The notes beneath the pieces are model-generated. The model saw only the letters and a program-made list of their open reading frames with translations. It searched no databases and had not been told where the DNA came from. 64,000 nt of DNA from Eledone cirrhosa (Eukaryota). The translations under genes were made by a program, and so were the position numbers. Numbering within the stretch: position 1 is the stretch's first letter; the number at the start of each line of letters is the position of its first letter. Where the stretch lies: assembly GCA_964016885.1 (NCBI GenBank), contig OZ024741.1, forward strand, positions 20,336,001-20,400,000, written 5' to 3'. Positions 48,743 to 62,000 of this stretch are shown here, in pieces.

Positions 48743-49728
48743 TTATGTGCAGGGGATGGCAGGTTGTTCTGATTTAGTTTCCCAGAGTTTTTTCAGTTTC
48801 TTTATTGTCAGTTGTTGTGGGTACAGTGTTTTCAGACCAGCTGGTGTCTCTTTTCCATGTTTCGCCAGCCTTAACAAACTTCCATATCTGCCAATCATCT
48901 CGTAGGCTGAAGCAATCCGACTTTCACGCCTAGCTTTATCAGAGGCTACAAGGTATGAACGTGCCTCAGTTGAGTTTGAAAACGACAGTCTAATTAGCCT
49001 GGGTTTCGGGCCTGGTCGGCCAAGACGTAGAGCACCCTTTGCGGGAGCACAGCCCAAGTCTTTGGATGAACTGGCAGCAAATGCCTGAAGATCGACTATG
49101 TCTTCTGGTACACCAATGGCAATCACTTCGTGGTTTGCAGATTCAGTGGCATTCTCAATGCGTCTAGGTTCAGCATGAGGTACGCGGAGATTTTTTAACA
49201 AGGCACTCCGGTAAGATCCCTCATTGTGGGGTTCTACACGAACGCTTGATTTTATTCCCGCTATTTCTCGGCTTAAAGCGGTTTGCCGTATTTCCTCAAA
49301 CTCCGTATTGACAGTCGGTTTTTGTTGTTGTTCTTCTCCTTCAACAGGCATGGTAGAAGACACAGTCGTCGGTTGTTGTTGTTGAAAAGTAACGGGTGAG
49401 GAAGACATGGGTTGCTGTTGTTGATGAAGTCCTTCAACGGGGGTAGTAGCAGAAGCTACGGTCGTTGGTTTTTGCTGTTGTTCAGGAACAATGGTAGAGG
49501 AAGACACGATCTTCGGTTTTTGTTGTTGTTCTTCTTCCGCAGCAAAGGGAGAGGCAGGCATACAGTCCAGGCACTGAAAAGACCCGTTTGTTAGCTGGAC
49601 CATCTCCCAGAGTCTATCCATCGTAGCAATATGATGTTTCTTGTTTTGGCCTGGGATCTTCCGGAAGCCTGTGGCGCATTGAAGGCAGACAGAGATGTGA
49701 CAGGTTCCACATTCGACCCAACGATTAC
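48743..49728 (-). CDS. LINE ORF1 (partial PHD-like Cys cluster, Q/T-rich repeats, RRM-like C-terminal part)
   Basis: WVECGTC..SVCLQC...FQCLDC; VIAIGVPE, LRLGRPGPKPRLIRLSF; directly upstream of ORF2. Confidence 0.75.
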
Positions 49729-49776
49729 AATAGAATAAATATGCTTTTATATATATAGTTTCCATTTATTTAATAT

Positions 49777-49904
<128 letters not shown>

Positions 49905-49957
49905 GTAAGTATGTATGTATACGTACATACATATATGTATACAGACGTACAGTAGCA

Positions 49958-50005
<48 letters not shown>

Positions 50006-50053
50006 CATACATACAGGTACACATACATATATGTATACAGACGTACAGTAGCA

Positions 50054-50105
<52 letters not shown>

Positions 50106-50264
50106 CATACATACAGGTACACATACATATATGTATGTATCAGTTTAGCGGACGCTTATTATAACGCCCGCTTTGTCCGTTTGTAAACAAACTGAACAGC
50201 CTGAATTTATGCCGTACGGTGTTAAGGCAACCACGTCACCTTTTTGTTCAACACTGACACAGGA

Positions 50265-50307
50265 ACGATGTACTAGTTTCAAGCTTGTTTGCTATCATCA
50301 GCACCGT
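50265..50307 (-). ncRNA. Type I hammerhead (family B)
   Basis: ACGGUG CUGAUGA UAGC AAACAA GCUU GAAA CUAG UA CAUCGU. Confidence 0.85.
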
Positions 50308-50499
50308 ATACCCTTCTGCCAGATGGTTGAACGTTCGAAAGTATATACTTTCCTTATGAAAATTAACGGCTGAGTAGCCTAATTTGCATATCGAGTGAGT
50401 TCAGTCGGCCAGGCGCACCGAAAACGATAAGTTGTAATAAAATGAAGTAAGTGCCGTTCTAAGAGTGAGAAATGAAATTTCGTTTTCATTTTATTACAA

Positions 50500-50574
<75 letters not shown>

Positions 50575-50609
50575 GTACATACATATATGTATACAGACGT
50601 ACAGTAGCA

Positions 50610-50661
<52 letters not shown>

Positions 50662-50933
50662 CAGGTACACATACATATATGTACGTATCAGTTTAGCGGA
50701 CGCTTATTATAACGCCCGCTTTGTATATGTATGTACGTATACATACATACTTACATTTAAGTAAGTGCCGTACTAAGAGTGAGAAATGAAATTTCGTTTT
50801 CATTTTATTACAACTTATCGTTTTCGGTACGCCTGGCCGAACTCACTCGATATGCAAATTAGGCTGCTCAGCCGTTAATTTTCATAAGGAAAGTATATAC
50901 TTTCGAACGTTTAACCATCTGGCAGAAGGGTAT

Positions 50934-50976
50934 ACGGTGCTGATGATAGCTAACAAGCTTGAAACTAGTACATCGT
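50934..50976 (+). ncRNA. Type I hammerhead (family B)
   Basis: ACGGUG CUGAUGA UAGC UAACAA GCUU GAAA CUAG UA CAUCGU. Confidence 0.85.
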
Positions 50977-51127
50977 TCCTGTGTCAGTGTTGAACAAAAA
51001 GGTGACGTGGTTGCCTTAACACCGTACGGCATAAATTCAGGCTGTTCAGTTTGTTTACAAACGAACAAAGCGGGCGCTATAATAAGCGTCCGCTAAACTG
51101 ATACGTACATATATGTATGTGTACCTG

Positions 51128-51203
<76 letters not shown>

Positions 51204-51314
51204 TGCTACTGTACGTCTGTATACATATATGTATGTACGTATACATACATACTTACATTTAAGTAAGTGACGACTAAGAGTGAGAAATGAAATTTCGTTT
51301 TCATTTTATTACAA

Positions 51315-51442
<128 letters not shown>

Positions 51443-51532
51443 CAATCGGGGGTAACCACAGTAAGTATATTTAATATAGAAATGGCTTCTACAGGACTAG
51501 AACTGTTTAATTCGGAGGAAATCATCAGGTAA

Positions 51533-51566
<34 letters not shown>

Positions 51567-51568
<2 letters not shown>

Positions 51569-51752
51569 CGGAGGAAATGTGGTAAGGAACCAGGTGGACC
51601 ATAACGCACCAAAGTACTCAATACTTAGAGTAGTAGAGTGGGTAATAGGAACCAGTAAGACGCGACGGCTGAGCTCAAGCCGTTTCGACGGCTAATTCAG
51701 AATTAGCCGTCGAAACGGCTTGAGCTCAGCCGTCGGGGTCTTACTGGTTCCT
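51567..51752. mobile_element. Family C fold-back element followed by a SINE 3' half (51753-51858)
   Basis: Palindrome 51647-51752 centred on TAATTCAGAATTA; GAAACGGC UUGAGCUCA GCCGUC GGGG. Confidence 0.7.
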
Positions 51753-51852
51753 CCCGCCGAGGTTAACTTTGCCTTTCATCCTTACGGGGTCGATAAAATA
51801 AAGTACCAGTAATGTACTGGGTAATTGGTGGCCTTGTGCCTAAAGTAGAAAC

Positions 51853-51896
<44 letters not shown>

Positions 51897-51908
51897 GTGT
51901 GTGGTGTC

Positions 51909-52017
<109 letters not shown>

Positions 52018-52018
52018 A

Positions 52019-52054
<36 letters not shown>

Positions 52055-52080
52055 TGTGTGTGTGTGTGTGTTTATATATA

Positions 52081-52505
52081 TACAATATATTAATAAATGG
52101 AAACTATATTTATAAAACCATATTTATTTTATTATATATATTTCAAGGGCAACCAAAGCAAATTATGGTGCGCTTTCATCAGTTAAAATACAGATTTGTT
52201 TTATAAATATATATTGACATACCCGGAAAAAAGACTATCCAGGAAGCTCCAACCGTTAAGGTTGTCTTTTTTCCGGGTATGTCAATATTTATTTATAAAA
52301 CAAATCTGTATTTTATCTGATGAAAGCGCACCATAATTTGCTTTGGTTGCCCTTGAAATATATATAATAAAATAAATATGATTTCATAAATATAGTTTCC
52401 ATTTATTAATATATTGTGTATTTACTCTACTAAGTTGTTGAGTGCTTTATATCAGTTATAAAAATGTTTAAGCTTGTTGAATCCCAACAAATTAAATATA
52501 ACCTC

Positions 52506-52509
<4 letters not shown>
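52081..52509. mobile_element. Family A fold-back element with hammerheads at 52125-52190 (-) and 52309-52374 (+)
   Basis: Near-identical to 2137-2571; (TA)n flanks. Confidence 0.88.
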
Positions 52510-52565
<56 letters not shown>

Positions 52566-52599
52566 GAGGTTATATTTAATTTGTTATATATATATATTG

Positions 52600-52697
<98 letters not shown>

Positions 52698-52905
52698 ATG
52701 TGTTTAGTATCAACGAACGTGAAAATGAGTACTCAACACCTTAGTGAAGATTAATAGTTCACAAAGGCCGAGTTAGTAGCCTGTTATTTTGTATGTTCAC
52801 CTATATGCGTCATTTACTCCGAAAACAATAGACCTTCCGTCGTGTCTAATGGAATGATGAGAGAGTGTGTGTATGTGTGTATGTGTGTAGATGTGGGGAT
52901 GTTTG

Positions 52906-52938
<33 letters not shown>

Positions 52939-53114
52939 ATGTGTGTATGTGTGTATATATATGTGTATGTGTGTATATATGTGACTATGTGTATGTATTG
53001 CGTCGATGAGTGCGTATGTATGTATATGTGTGTGGATTTTGTGTCTAAGCACTCTACAACACCTCCTGGACTGGTGAAAAGCAATACACGCACACACACA
53101 CACACACATCCACG

Positions 53115-53158
<44 letters not shown>

Positions 53159-53223
53159 GTAAAAAATGGAACAGAGAGGCAGTACAAACAAAGGTTTATT
53201 AGTTTCACACTCTTAGGGGTGGG

Positions 53224-53256
53224 GGGGCGTTTCGGGCATAACCCCTTCTTCAGGCG
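53224..53256 (-). ncRNA. Minimal hammerhead-like motif in a Neptune-like pLTR
   Basis: CUGAAGA AGGGG UUAUG CCC GAAACG; the cleavage triplet is degenerate. Confidence 0.5.
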
Positions 53257-53767
53257 AAAAGTGGGTGGGAAGAGAGTTCCGAGGGTGTGTAGGGGAGGGG
53301 AGGGGAAACATTTAGAAAAGGGGGGTGGAGGGGGTACAAATAAAAAAAATAAAATAAAAATAAAAATAAACATGAAGATAAACAAGTGGTGGAAGGGTGT
53401 GGGCGTGTAGGGGTGGTGGCGGGTGGAGTGGGGAGAGGGAGGCGGGGTGTCTGAGCAGGGAGGGCTGAAGGTGGTGTATGTGTGTAGGTGTACGTGTGTG
53501 TGTGTATGTGAATATGCGAGTTGGGGTAAGAGCGAGGTTCCATGTTCAGGAAAAGGTGTGTGTGTGTGGGGTGGGCGTAGGTCGGTGTGTGTGTGTGCGC
53601 GTGTGGATGGGGAGGGATCAGAGGGGGAGGGGAGGATTCCGGAGGCTGAGTGTGTATATATGTGGGGGTACGCACGTGTGTGTGGTGTTTATACGTTTTG
53701 TGGATGTAGGTGGCGTATATATACAATGATATTAAATAAATGGAAACTATATTTATAAAACCATATT

Positions 53768-53830
53768 TATTTTATTATATATATTTCAAGGGCACCAAAA
53801 CACTTTGGTACGCTTTCTTCAGATAAAATA
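53768..53830 (-). ncRNA. Type I hammerhead (family A) within a fragment spanning ~53723-53930
   Basis: UAUUUUAU CUGAAGA AAGCGUACC...GGUGCCCUU GAAA UAUAUA UA AUAAAAUA. Confidence 0.8.
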
Positions 53831-54079
53831 CAAAGTTTGTTTTATAAATAGAGACATACCCAGGAAAATCATACCTTATCAGTTGAATATTTATATCAGA
53901 TTTCCAACAAATTAAATATCCCTTCTACTTTTATAAATATAAATATATTTATATATATTATAAAACTTTTTTTTGAAAAGAATTGTCCCTCTCATTTTTT
54001 TCAATAATGTCACTTTGACGAATCAAAAAAGAAAAACAGACCCTTAAATATATTTTCCGTGCTATTTCCAACTTCACCT

Positions 54080-54832
54080 TGGTGATGGTGATGATGGTGG
54101 TGGTGGTAGTAGTGGTGGTGGTGGTGGTGGTGGTGGTGGTAGTTGTGATGGTGGTCGTCGTTGTCCTCGTCGTGGTGTTGGTGGCGGTGGCGGTAGCGGT
54201 GACGATGGTGGTGGCGGTGGTGGAGGTGGTGGTAGTGGTGGTGGTAGTGGAGGTTATGGATATGGTGGCGGTGGCGGTGGTATCAATTGTGACGGCAGTG
54301 ATGAAGATGGTGGTGGGGTGTGTGTATGGAGGGGGTGCTGATGTCATCATCTCCTTTAATAACTTGATTGACTTGTAAAGTAGTGGTAGTAGTGGTGATA
54401 ATAGTGATCGTGGTGGTAGTGGTGGTGGTGGTGGTGGTGGTAGTGGTAGTTGTGGTGGTGGTAGTTGTGGTGGTGGTGGTGGTGGTAGTTGTGGTGGTGG
54501 TGGTGGTGGTGATGGTGGTAGTTGTGGTGGTGGTAGTGGTGGTAGTAGTGGTGGTGGTGGTTGTGGTGGTGGTGGTTGTGGTGGTGGTGGTAGTTGTGAT
54601 GGTGGTGGTAGTGGTGGTGGTGGTGGTAGTGGTGGTAGTTATGGTAGTGGTGGTGGTGATGGTGATGGTAGTGGTGGTGGTGGTAGTAGTGGTGGTGGTA
54701 GTGGTAGTTATGGTGGTGGTGGTGATGGTGATGGTAGTTGTGGTGGTGATAGTAGTGGTGGTGGTAGTAGTTGTGGTGGTGATACTAGTGGTGGTGGTAG
54801 TAGTGGTGGTGGTAGTAGTGGTGGTGGTGGTG
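54080..54832. repeat. Degenerate (GGT)n microsatellite
   Basis: Directly visible; source of the poly-V and poly-T ORFs. Confidence 0.9.
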
Positions 54833-54986
54833 TTTCAATTCAAGATGTTGAGTTATTAAGTCAACTTATTTCTATCACTTCAGTTATGTCAGTGGTTGAT
54901 GCTACAGAATTATTATACAAAATCTGGTTGAACTCACCAAGTTGCCTCATAAACCATTGATAATTACATACTTACATAATTATATT

Positions 54987-55170
54987 GTTTCTACTTTGGG
55001 CACAAGGCCAGCAATTATTCCAGTGTATTACTGGTACTTTATTTTATCGACCCCATAGGGATGAAAGGCAAAGTTAACCTCGGTGGGATTTGAACTCAGA
55101 CCGTAAAGTGACGTAACTATGCTGGAAAGCATGGTGGCCGACCCTCTACCGATACTGCTAATCTACCGCC
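54987..55170 (-). mobile_element. tRNA-derived SINE with 16-bp TSD
   Basis: TSD CTTACATAATTATATT at 54971 and 55171. Confidence 0.9.
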
Positions 55171-55834
55171 CTTACATAATTATATTATTACATAATTACA
55201 TTGGCAGTGGAGACCTCTGGTGTCCCCTTGGCCCTAGGACTTCTTCCCTACTCCTCACCATCAGCACACCTTCTCTATTCTGTCCGCCGGGGCCACTGGG
55301 CAGCCAGCGCGTGGGCCCCCATTTGCTGACTACAGTGAGAGATAGGGGGTACGGGAGAGACGGGGGCAGTGACAGTGAGAGTTTGGTTCTCGTGTGTTCG
55401 GCCCTGGTGTATATAACAGAGAGTCTAAAAGCTGTTTCTTGTACAGTAAACCTATATTAGTGTTTCTAGATAAAGTTAAGAAAATTACATAAATATGAAC
55501 AGGAAAGATGAAAACAAAACTAAGGGGTAGAGGTAAAGATCTGGCTGTATAGGGAAGTAGAGGAAAGGATTATAAATTTCCATAAATGAGAGGAAAAGGA
55601 GGGGGAAAGCAAGGACTCTAGGGTCACAGAAGAGGAGGGTGATGGGCCTCAGGGCCTAGAGTGGAGTGGTGTTTGATCTGCGTTCTGCAGACAAAACTGC
55701 AAAGACATTTCCACGGACAATGGCCAGCGACACCCGTTGCAACAGCCAACCCACCTCTCGGGGTTCCTCCACCAGACGGGCTGCTGAAGTACTGATTTTG
55801 TGGAGGATCTCGGAGTACGGGGTCCGGGGATGCC

Positions 55835-56335
55835 TGACGTACCGATTTTGTGGAGGAGCTCGGCAGTATGGGGTCCAAGGACGCCTGAAGTATCGACGGC
55901 AGCCGACGGGATGAGGAAGCGGCCGGACAGTCCCCGGTATATGCTTGTCTTCCTGTCCCCTACATTGTGTACAGCAGTACCGTGGTTGATGGCCGAAGCG
56001 ACTAAGTTGGAGGCGAAAAACGTGTCACAACATGTGGTGCCCCAGATGAGGGATCTACCTCTTTCGAATAGGAAGAGGGTGATTCTGTCGGAGCGTTTGG
56101 CGTCTGTAGGGTTGAGGCCTGCTGGTTCCAGTTGTGATAGGAAGCCAGCTGCATCCAGGCTTCTTCTCAATATGTCGTTGAAAGCGGCATGTCTGAGGAA
56201 CCGGCCTGCGTTCTGGCGGCATGACAGTGGGTGCAGGGCAAACTTGACAACGACAGCCCCACAAACGGCATTTGTGTGGCTCACACACGTGGAGGCCGAG
56301 GTGTTGGGCCACTCCGATGCGAGTGAACTCACCAT
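55835..56335 (-). mobile_element. CRE-like non-LTR fragment: zinc knuckle and restriction-like endonuclease
   Basis: CEPHKC..CGA...HPLSC, RH..FNDI, EP.GL...DAKRSD, LIWGTTCCDTF, AVDTSGVLG. A smaller piece lies at 55204-55325. Confidence 0.82.
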
Positions 56336-56501
56336 CAATGTGTACACACGTATATATAAATATACCTGACCACCGTTGACCCATTAGGTCACGTTCACTT
56401 TAAAGTATATTTTTTTAAAATAATGTTCACTTAAAAATAATTTTTAAATAATTAAAATATACACAGACATGTATAAAATGTAAAATGAAATTAGAAGGCC
56501 C

Positions 56502-56588
<87 letters not shown>

Positions 56589-56865
56589 ATCTCTATGTCT
56601 CTCTTTCAATCTACTCTCTCACAACCACAATCTCTTTCTCTGTATCTTTTTCTCTCTCTCTCTCTCTCTATTTATGGAGGTACCCGGAAAAACCCCATAT
56701 CTCGGGAACCCGTGCTCCGATTTACACGAAACTTGTTTTATTCCATTTGTATCCCCATTTCAGGGGCAACTTCCTTTCAAAGCATTTTCCCAATATGCGC
56801 GGTTTTGGCTGCATTACATTACAGACAAGCACACAATCAGAGTTTTAATAGTATATATATATATG

Positions 56866-56956
<91 letters not shown>

Positions 56957-57240
56957 GAAAAAGTCAGAACTAGCTGTTGAAACTGCAAGAGCTCAGCCGT
57001 CGGGCCTCGAATCTTTCTAACAGAAGGCATACTTTACTATCCCAAGTATGGAGTACTCAGTTGAGTAATGGTCTAACTAGTTTTAAACTGGTTCTATCCA
57101 GATATATATATATAAATATATATGCGTGTGTGTGTGTAAATTGTGTCACTACAGTCATGTGAAGATAAATAACAGGTGACGGTTTACATACGCCAACCCT
57201 AGATAAGGTATATATATATATATGTGTGTGTGTGTGTGCG

Positions 57241-57279
<39 letters not shown>

Positions 57280-57289
57280 ATATATATGG

Positions 57290-57353
<64 letters not shown>

Positions 57354-57418
57354 GTATGAGTGTGTGTGTGTGTATATACATATATGTATATAAATGTTTA
57401 TATATATGTGCGTGTATG

Positions 57419-57471
<53 letters not shown>

Positions 57472-57647
57472 ATTTGCGAGCGATTCTGTATCTGTGTCTG
57501 TATATGGGCATGTAGGCAGGCGTCTGTGTATGTGTATGTGTATGTCTATAGTTTTGTTTGTTTTTTTGTTATTTTATATGTCCTCCTTAAGTAATTGTGT
57601 GTGTGTATAGCAGGAGTCTATGCGTACGGATGTTGTTTTCTTTGGGG

Positions 57648-57714
<67 letters not shown>

Positions 57715-58228
57715 CGTGTGCGTGTGTGTGTGTGTGAGTGCGCGCGTGGACGTGTGAAGTGTGACAGAAGGGTCAGCCGAATTGACACCCCTTGATCAGA
57801 TTTATGATGACGTAGAAAAGCAGCAGCCAATAACGGACGCGCGAAAAGGATGATTTTGACGCCAACACCCCAGTGTAAGAATTTGCTCCGAAAGCATTAG
57901 ACGTGTCCGACGAGCCCGCAGCTCCAGAATCAGACAAGATCCATGCAATGTTCGTGTCTCGAGCTGTCCGCCGGCGAAACAATTGTAACACACAATAAAT
58001 ATATATGTATAGTGTGTATATGTGTATGTATGTGTGCATGTGGTATATATATATATGTGTGTGTCTGTATGAGTGTATGTGTGTGGTATTTATATATAAA
58101 TATATGTGTGTGTGTGTGTGTGTCTATGTATGAGTGTATGTGTGTGTGGTATATATATATAGAGAGAAAGAGAGAGAGAGAAATATGTGTGTGTGTGGTA
58201 TATATATATATATGTATATATATATATG

Positions 58229-58259
<31 letters not shown>

Positions 58260-59010
58260 CTATATATATATATGTGCGTGTGTGTGTGTAAGAACAGGTG
58301 ACAGTTCACAGATAATCCTATCATAATTACGTCTTACTGTGGTAGACAAAAGTCTGACACAGTTACCACACACACGTTGACACACAGACACAGACACACA
58401 CACAGCCACACACACACGCACAGCCGCCATACACACAGACACACACACATTCACACTCATATACACACACATTTATATATACAGCCACACATACACACAC
58501 ATACATTCAAACATATATATATATACAGACATGCGCACATATAGAGACACTCACATTGACACACACATACACATTCAGACAGAGCGACACAAAACACACA
58601 TACGGTCACACATACATACATCCACACGTCGAAATCGACACATATTCCATATCAACTCACACACACAGATGTACCTAAATACACACAGATCCAGGCCCAC
58701 GCGTACACACATACAGCTAAGCATCCCCCCCCCCACACACACACATATATACATACAGCCAGGCATCCACCCCACACGAATATACATACAACTAAGCATC
58801 CCAGGCAATCAATCAATCACATATACACGTCAACAGATAGCACCCACACGCCAACCCATACCACCCACATGACTGCCCACCCACACATCAACATTTATCT
58901 GCACCCTGCCCCACCTCAACATATCAACAGTTATTATATTGATCCTTTGATCTGAAAGTGCCCTTTGATATGAAAGCAGCGATGATCAACTGCAAAATGT
59001 AAAGAAATTT

Positions 59011-62000
59011 GTGTATAGGTAATACCAGATACACAATAACATGTGGAGGAGGTGAGACAGGAGTTTCTGACAGTATTGTCTACCAAAGTTACCTTGGTGT
59101 AGGTGGTACCAGATATACAATAACATGTGGAGGAGGTGAGACAGGAGTTTCTGACAGTATTGTCTACCAAAGTTACCTTGGTGTAGGTGGTACCAGATAT
59201 ACACAATAACATGTGGAGGAGGTGAGACAGGAGTTTCTGACACTATTGTCTACCAAAGTTACCTTGGTGTAGGTGGTACCAGATACACGATAACATGTGG
59301 AGGAGGTGAGACAGGAGTTTCTGACAGTATTGTCTACCAAAGTTACCTTGGTGTAGGTGGTGCCAGATGTACAATAACATGTGGGGGAGGTGAGACAGGA
59401 GTTTCTAACAGTATTGTCTACCAAAGTTACCTTGGTGTAGGTGGCGTCAGATGTACAATAACATGTGGGGAGGTGAGACAGGGGTTTCTGAAAGTAATGC
59501 TACCAAAGTTACCTTGGTGTAGGTGGCGCCAGATGTACAAAAACATGTGGGGGAGGTGAGACAGGGGTTTCTGACAGTAATGTCTACCAAAGTTACCTTG
59601 GTGTAGGTGGTGCCAGATGTACAATAACACGTGGAGGAGGTGAGACAGGAGTTTCTAACAGTAATGTCTACCAAAGTTACCTTGGTGTAGGTGGTGCCAG
59701 ATACATAATAACATGTGGAGGAGGTGAGACAGGAGTTTCTGACAGTATTGTCTACCAAAGTTACCTTGGTGTAGGTGGTACCAGATATACACAATAACAT
59801 GTGGTGGAGGTGAGACAGGGTTTTCTGACAGTAATGTCTACCAAAGTTACCTTGGTGTAGGTGGTACCAGTTATACACAATAACATGTGGGGGAGGTGAG
59901 ACAGGGGTTTCTGACAGTAATGTCTACCAAAGTTACCTTGGTGTAGGTGGTGCCAGATGTACAATAACACGTGGAGGAGGTGAGACAGGAGTTTCTAACA
60001 GTAATGTCTACCAAAGTTACCTTGGTGTAGGTGGTGCCAGATACATAATAACATGTGGAGGAGGTGAGACAGGAGTTTCTGACAGTATTGTCTACCAAAG
60101 TTACCTTGGTGTAGGTGGTACCAGATATACACAATAACATGTGGGGGAGGTGAGACAGGAGTTTCTGGCAGCATTGTCTACCAAAGTTACCTTGGTGTAG
60201 GTGGTGCCAGTTGTACAATAACATGTGGTGGAGGTGAGACAGGGTTTTCTGACAGTAATGTCTACCAAAGTTACCTTGGTGTAGGTGGTACCAGATATAC
60301 ACAATAACATGTGGAGCAGGTGAGACAGGAGTTTCTGACAGTAATGTCTACCAAAGTTACCTTGGTGTAGGTGGTACCAGTTATACACAATAACATGCGG
60401 GGGAGGTAAGACAGGAGTTTCTGACAGTATTGTCTACCAAAGTTACCTTGGTGTAGGTGGTACCAGATATACACAATAACATGTGGGGGAGGTGAGACAG
60501 GAGTTTCTGACAGTAATGTCTACCAAAGTTACCTTGGTGTAGGTGGTGCCAGATACATAATAACATGTGGGGGAGGTGAGACAGGGGTTTCTGACAGTAT
60601 TGTCTACCAAAGTTACCTTGGTGTAGGTGGCGCCAGATACACAATAACACGTGGAGGAGGTGAGACAGGAGTTTCTGACAGTAATGTCTACCAAACTTAC
60701 CTTGGTGTAGGTGGTGCCAGATGTACAATAACATATGGGGGAGGTAAGACAGGAGATTCTGACAGTAATGTCTACCAAAGTTTCCTTGGTGTAGGTGGTG
60801 CCAGATACACAATAACATGTGGTGGAGGTGAGACAGGGTTTTCTGACAGTAATGTCTACCAAAGTTACCTTGGTGTAGGTGGTACCAGATATACAATAAC
60901 ATGTGGAGGAGGTAAGACAGAAGTTTCTGACAGTATTGTCTACCAAAGTTACCTTGGTGTAGGTGGTGCCAGATGTAAAATAACATGAGGTGGAGGTGAG
61001 ACAGGGGTTTCTGATAGAAATGTCTACCAAGGTTACCTTGGTGTAGGTGGTGCCAGATACACAATAACACGTGGAGGAGGTGAGACAGGAGTTTCTGACA
61101 GTAATGTCTACCAAACTTACCTTGGTGTAGGTGGTGCCAGATGTCTAATAACATATGGGGGAGGTAAGACGGGAGTTTCTGACAGTAATGTCTACCAAAG
61201 TTTCCTTGGTATAGGTGGTGCCAGATACACAGTAACACGTGGAGGAGGTGAGACAGGACTTTCTGACAGTAATGTCTACCAAAGTTACCTTGGTGTAGGT
61301 GGTACCAGATATACAATAACATGTGGAGGAGGTAAGACAAAAGTTTCTGACAGTATTGTCTACCAAAGTTACCTTGGTGTAGGTGGTGCCAGATGTACAA
61401 TAACATGAGGTGAAGGTGAGACAGGGGTTTCTGATAGTAATGTCTACCAAAGTTACCTTGGTGTAGGTGTTGCCAGATACACAATAACATGTGGAGGAGG
61501 TAAGACAAAAGTTTCTGACAGTATGGGCTACCAAAGTTACCTTGGTGTAGGTGGTGCCAGATGTACAATAACATGTGGTGGAGGTGAGACAGGGGTTTCT
61601 GACAGTAATGTCTACCAAAGTAACCTCGGTGTAGGTAGTGCCATATTCACAATAACATGTGGAAGAGGTGAGACAGGGGTTTCTGACAGTAATGTCTACC
61701 AATGTTACCTTGGTGTAGGTGGTGCCAAATACACAATAACATGTGGTGAGGGTAAGACAGGAGTTTCTGACAGTAATGTCTACCAAAGTTACCTTGGTGT
61801 AGGTGGTGCCAGATACACAATAACATGTGGTGGAGGTAAGACAGGGGTTTTTGACAGTAATGTCTACCAAAGTTACCTTGGTGTAGGTGGTACCAGATAT
61901 ACACAATAATATGTGGAGGAGGTGTGACAGGGGTTTCTCACAGTAATGTCTACCAAAGTTACCTTGGTGTAGGTGGTACCAGATATACACAATAACATGT

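Larger units (their letters stand above)
45820..49728 (-). mobile_element. Near-full-length CR1/L2-type LINE, 5'-truncated in ORF1
   Basis: ORF1, APE-RT ORF2, 3' UTR stem and (ATT)n tail. Confidence 0.92.

Noticed and set aside
56670-56860. Helentron/DINE-like fragment
   Set aside because: Only a vague terminal resemblance; ends could not be defined.
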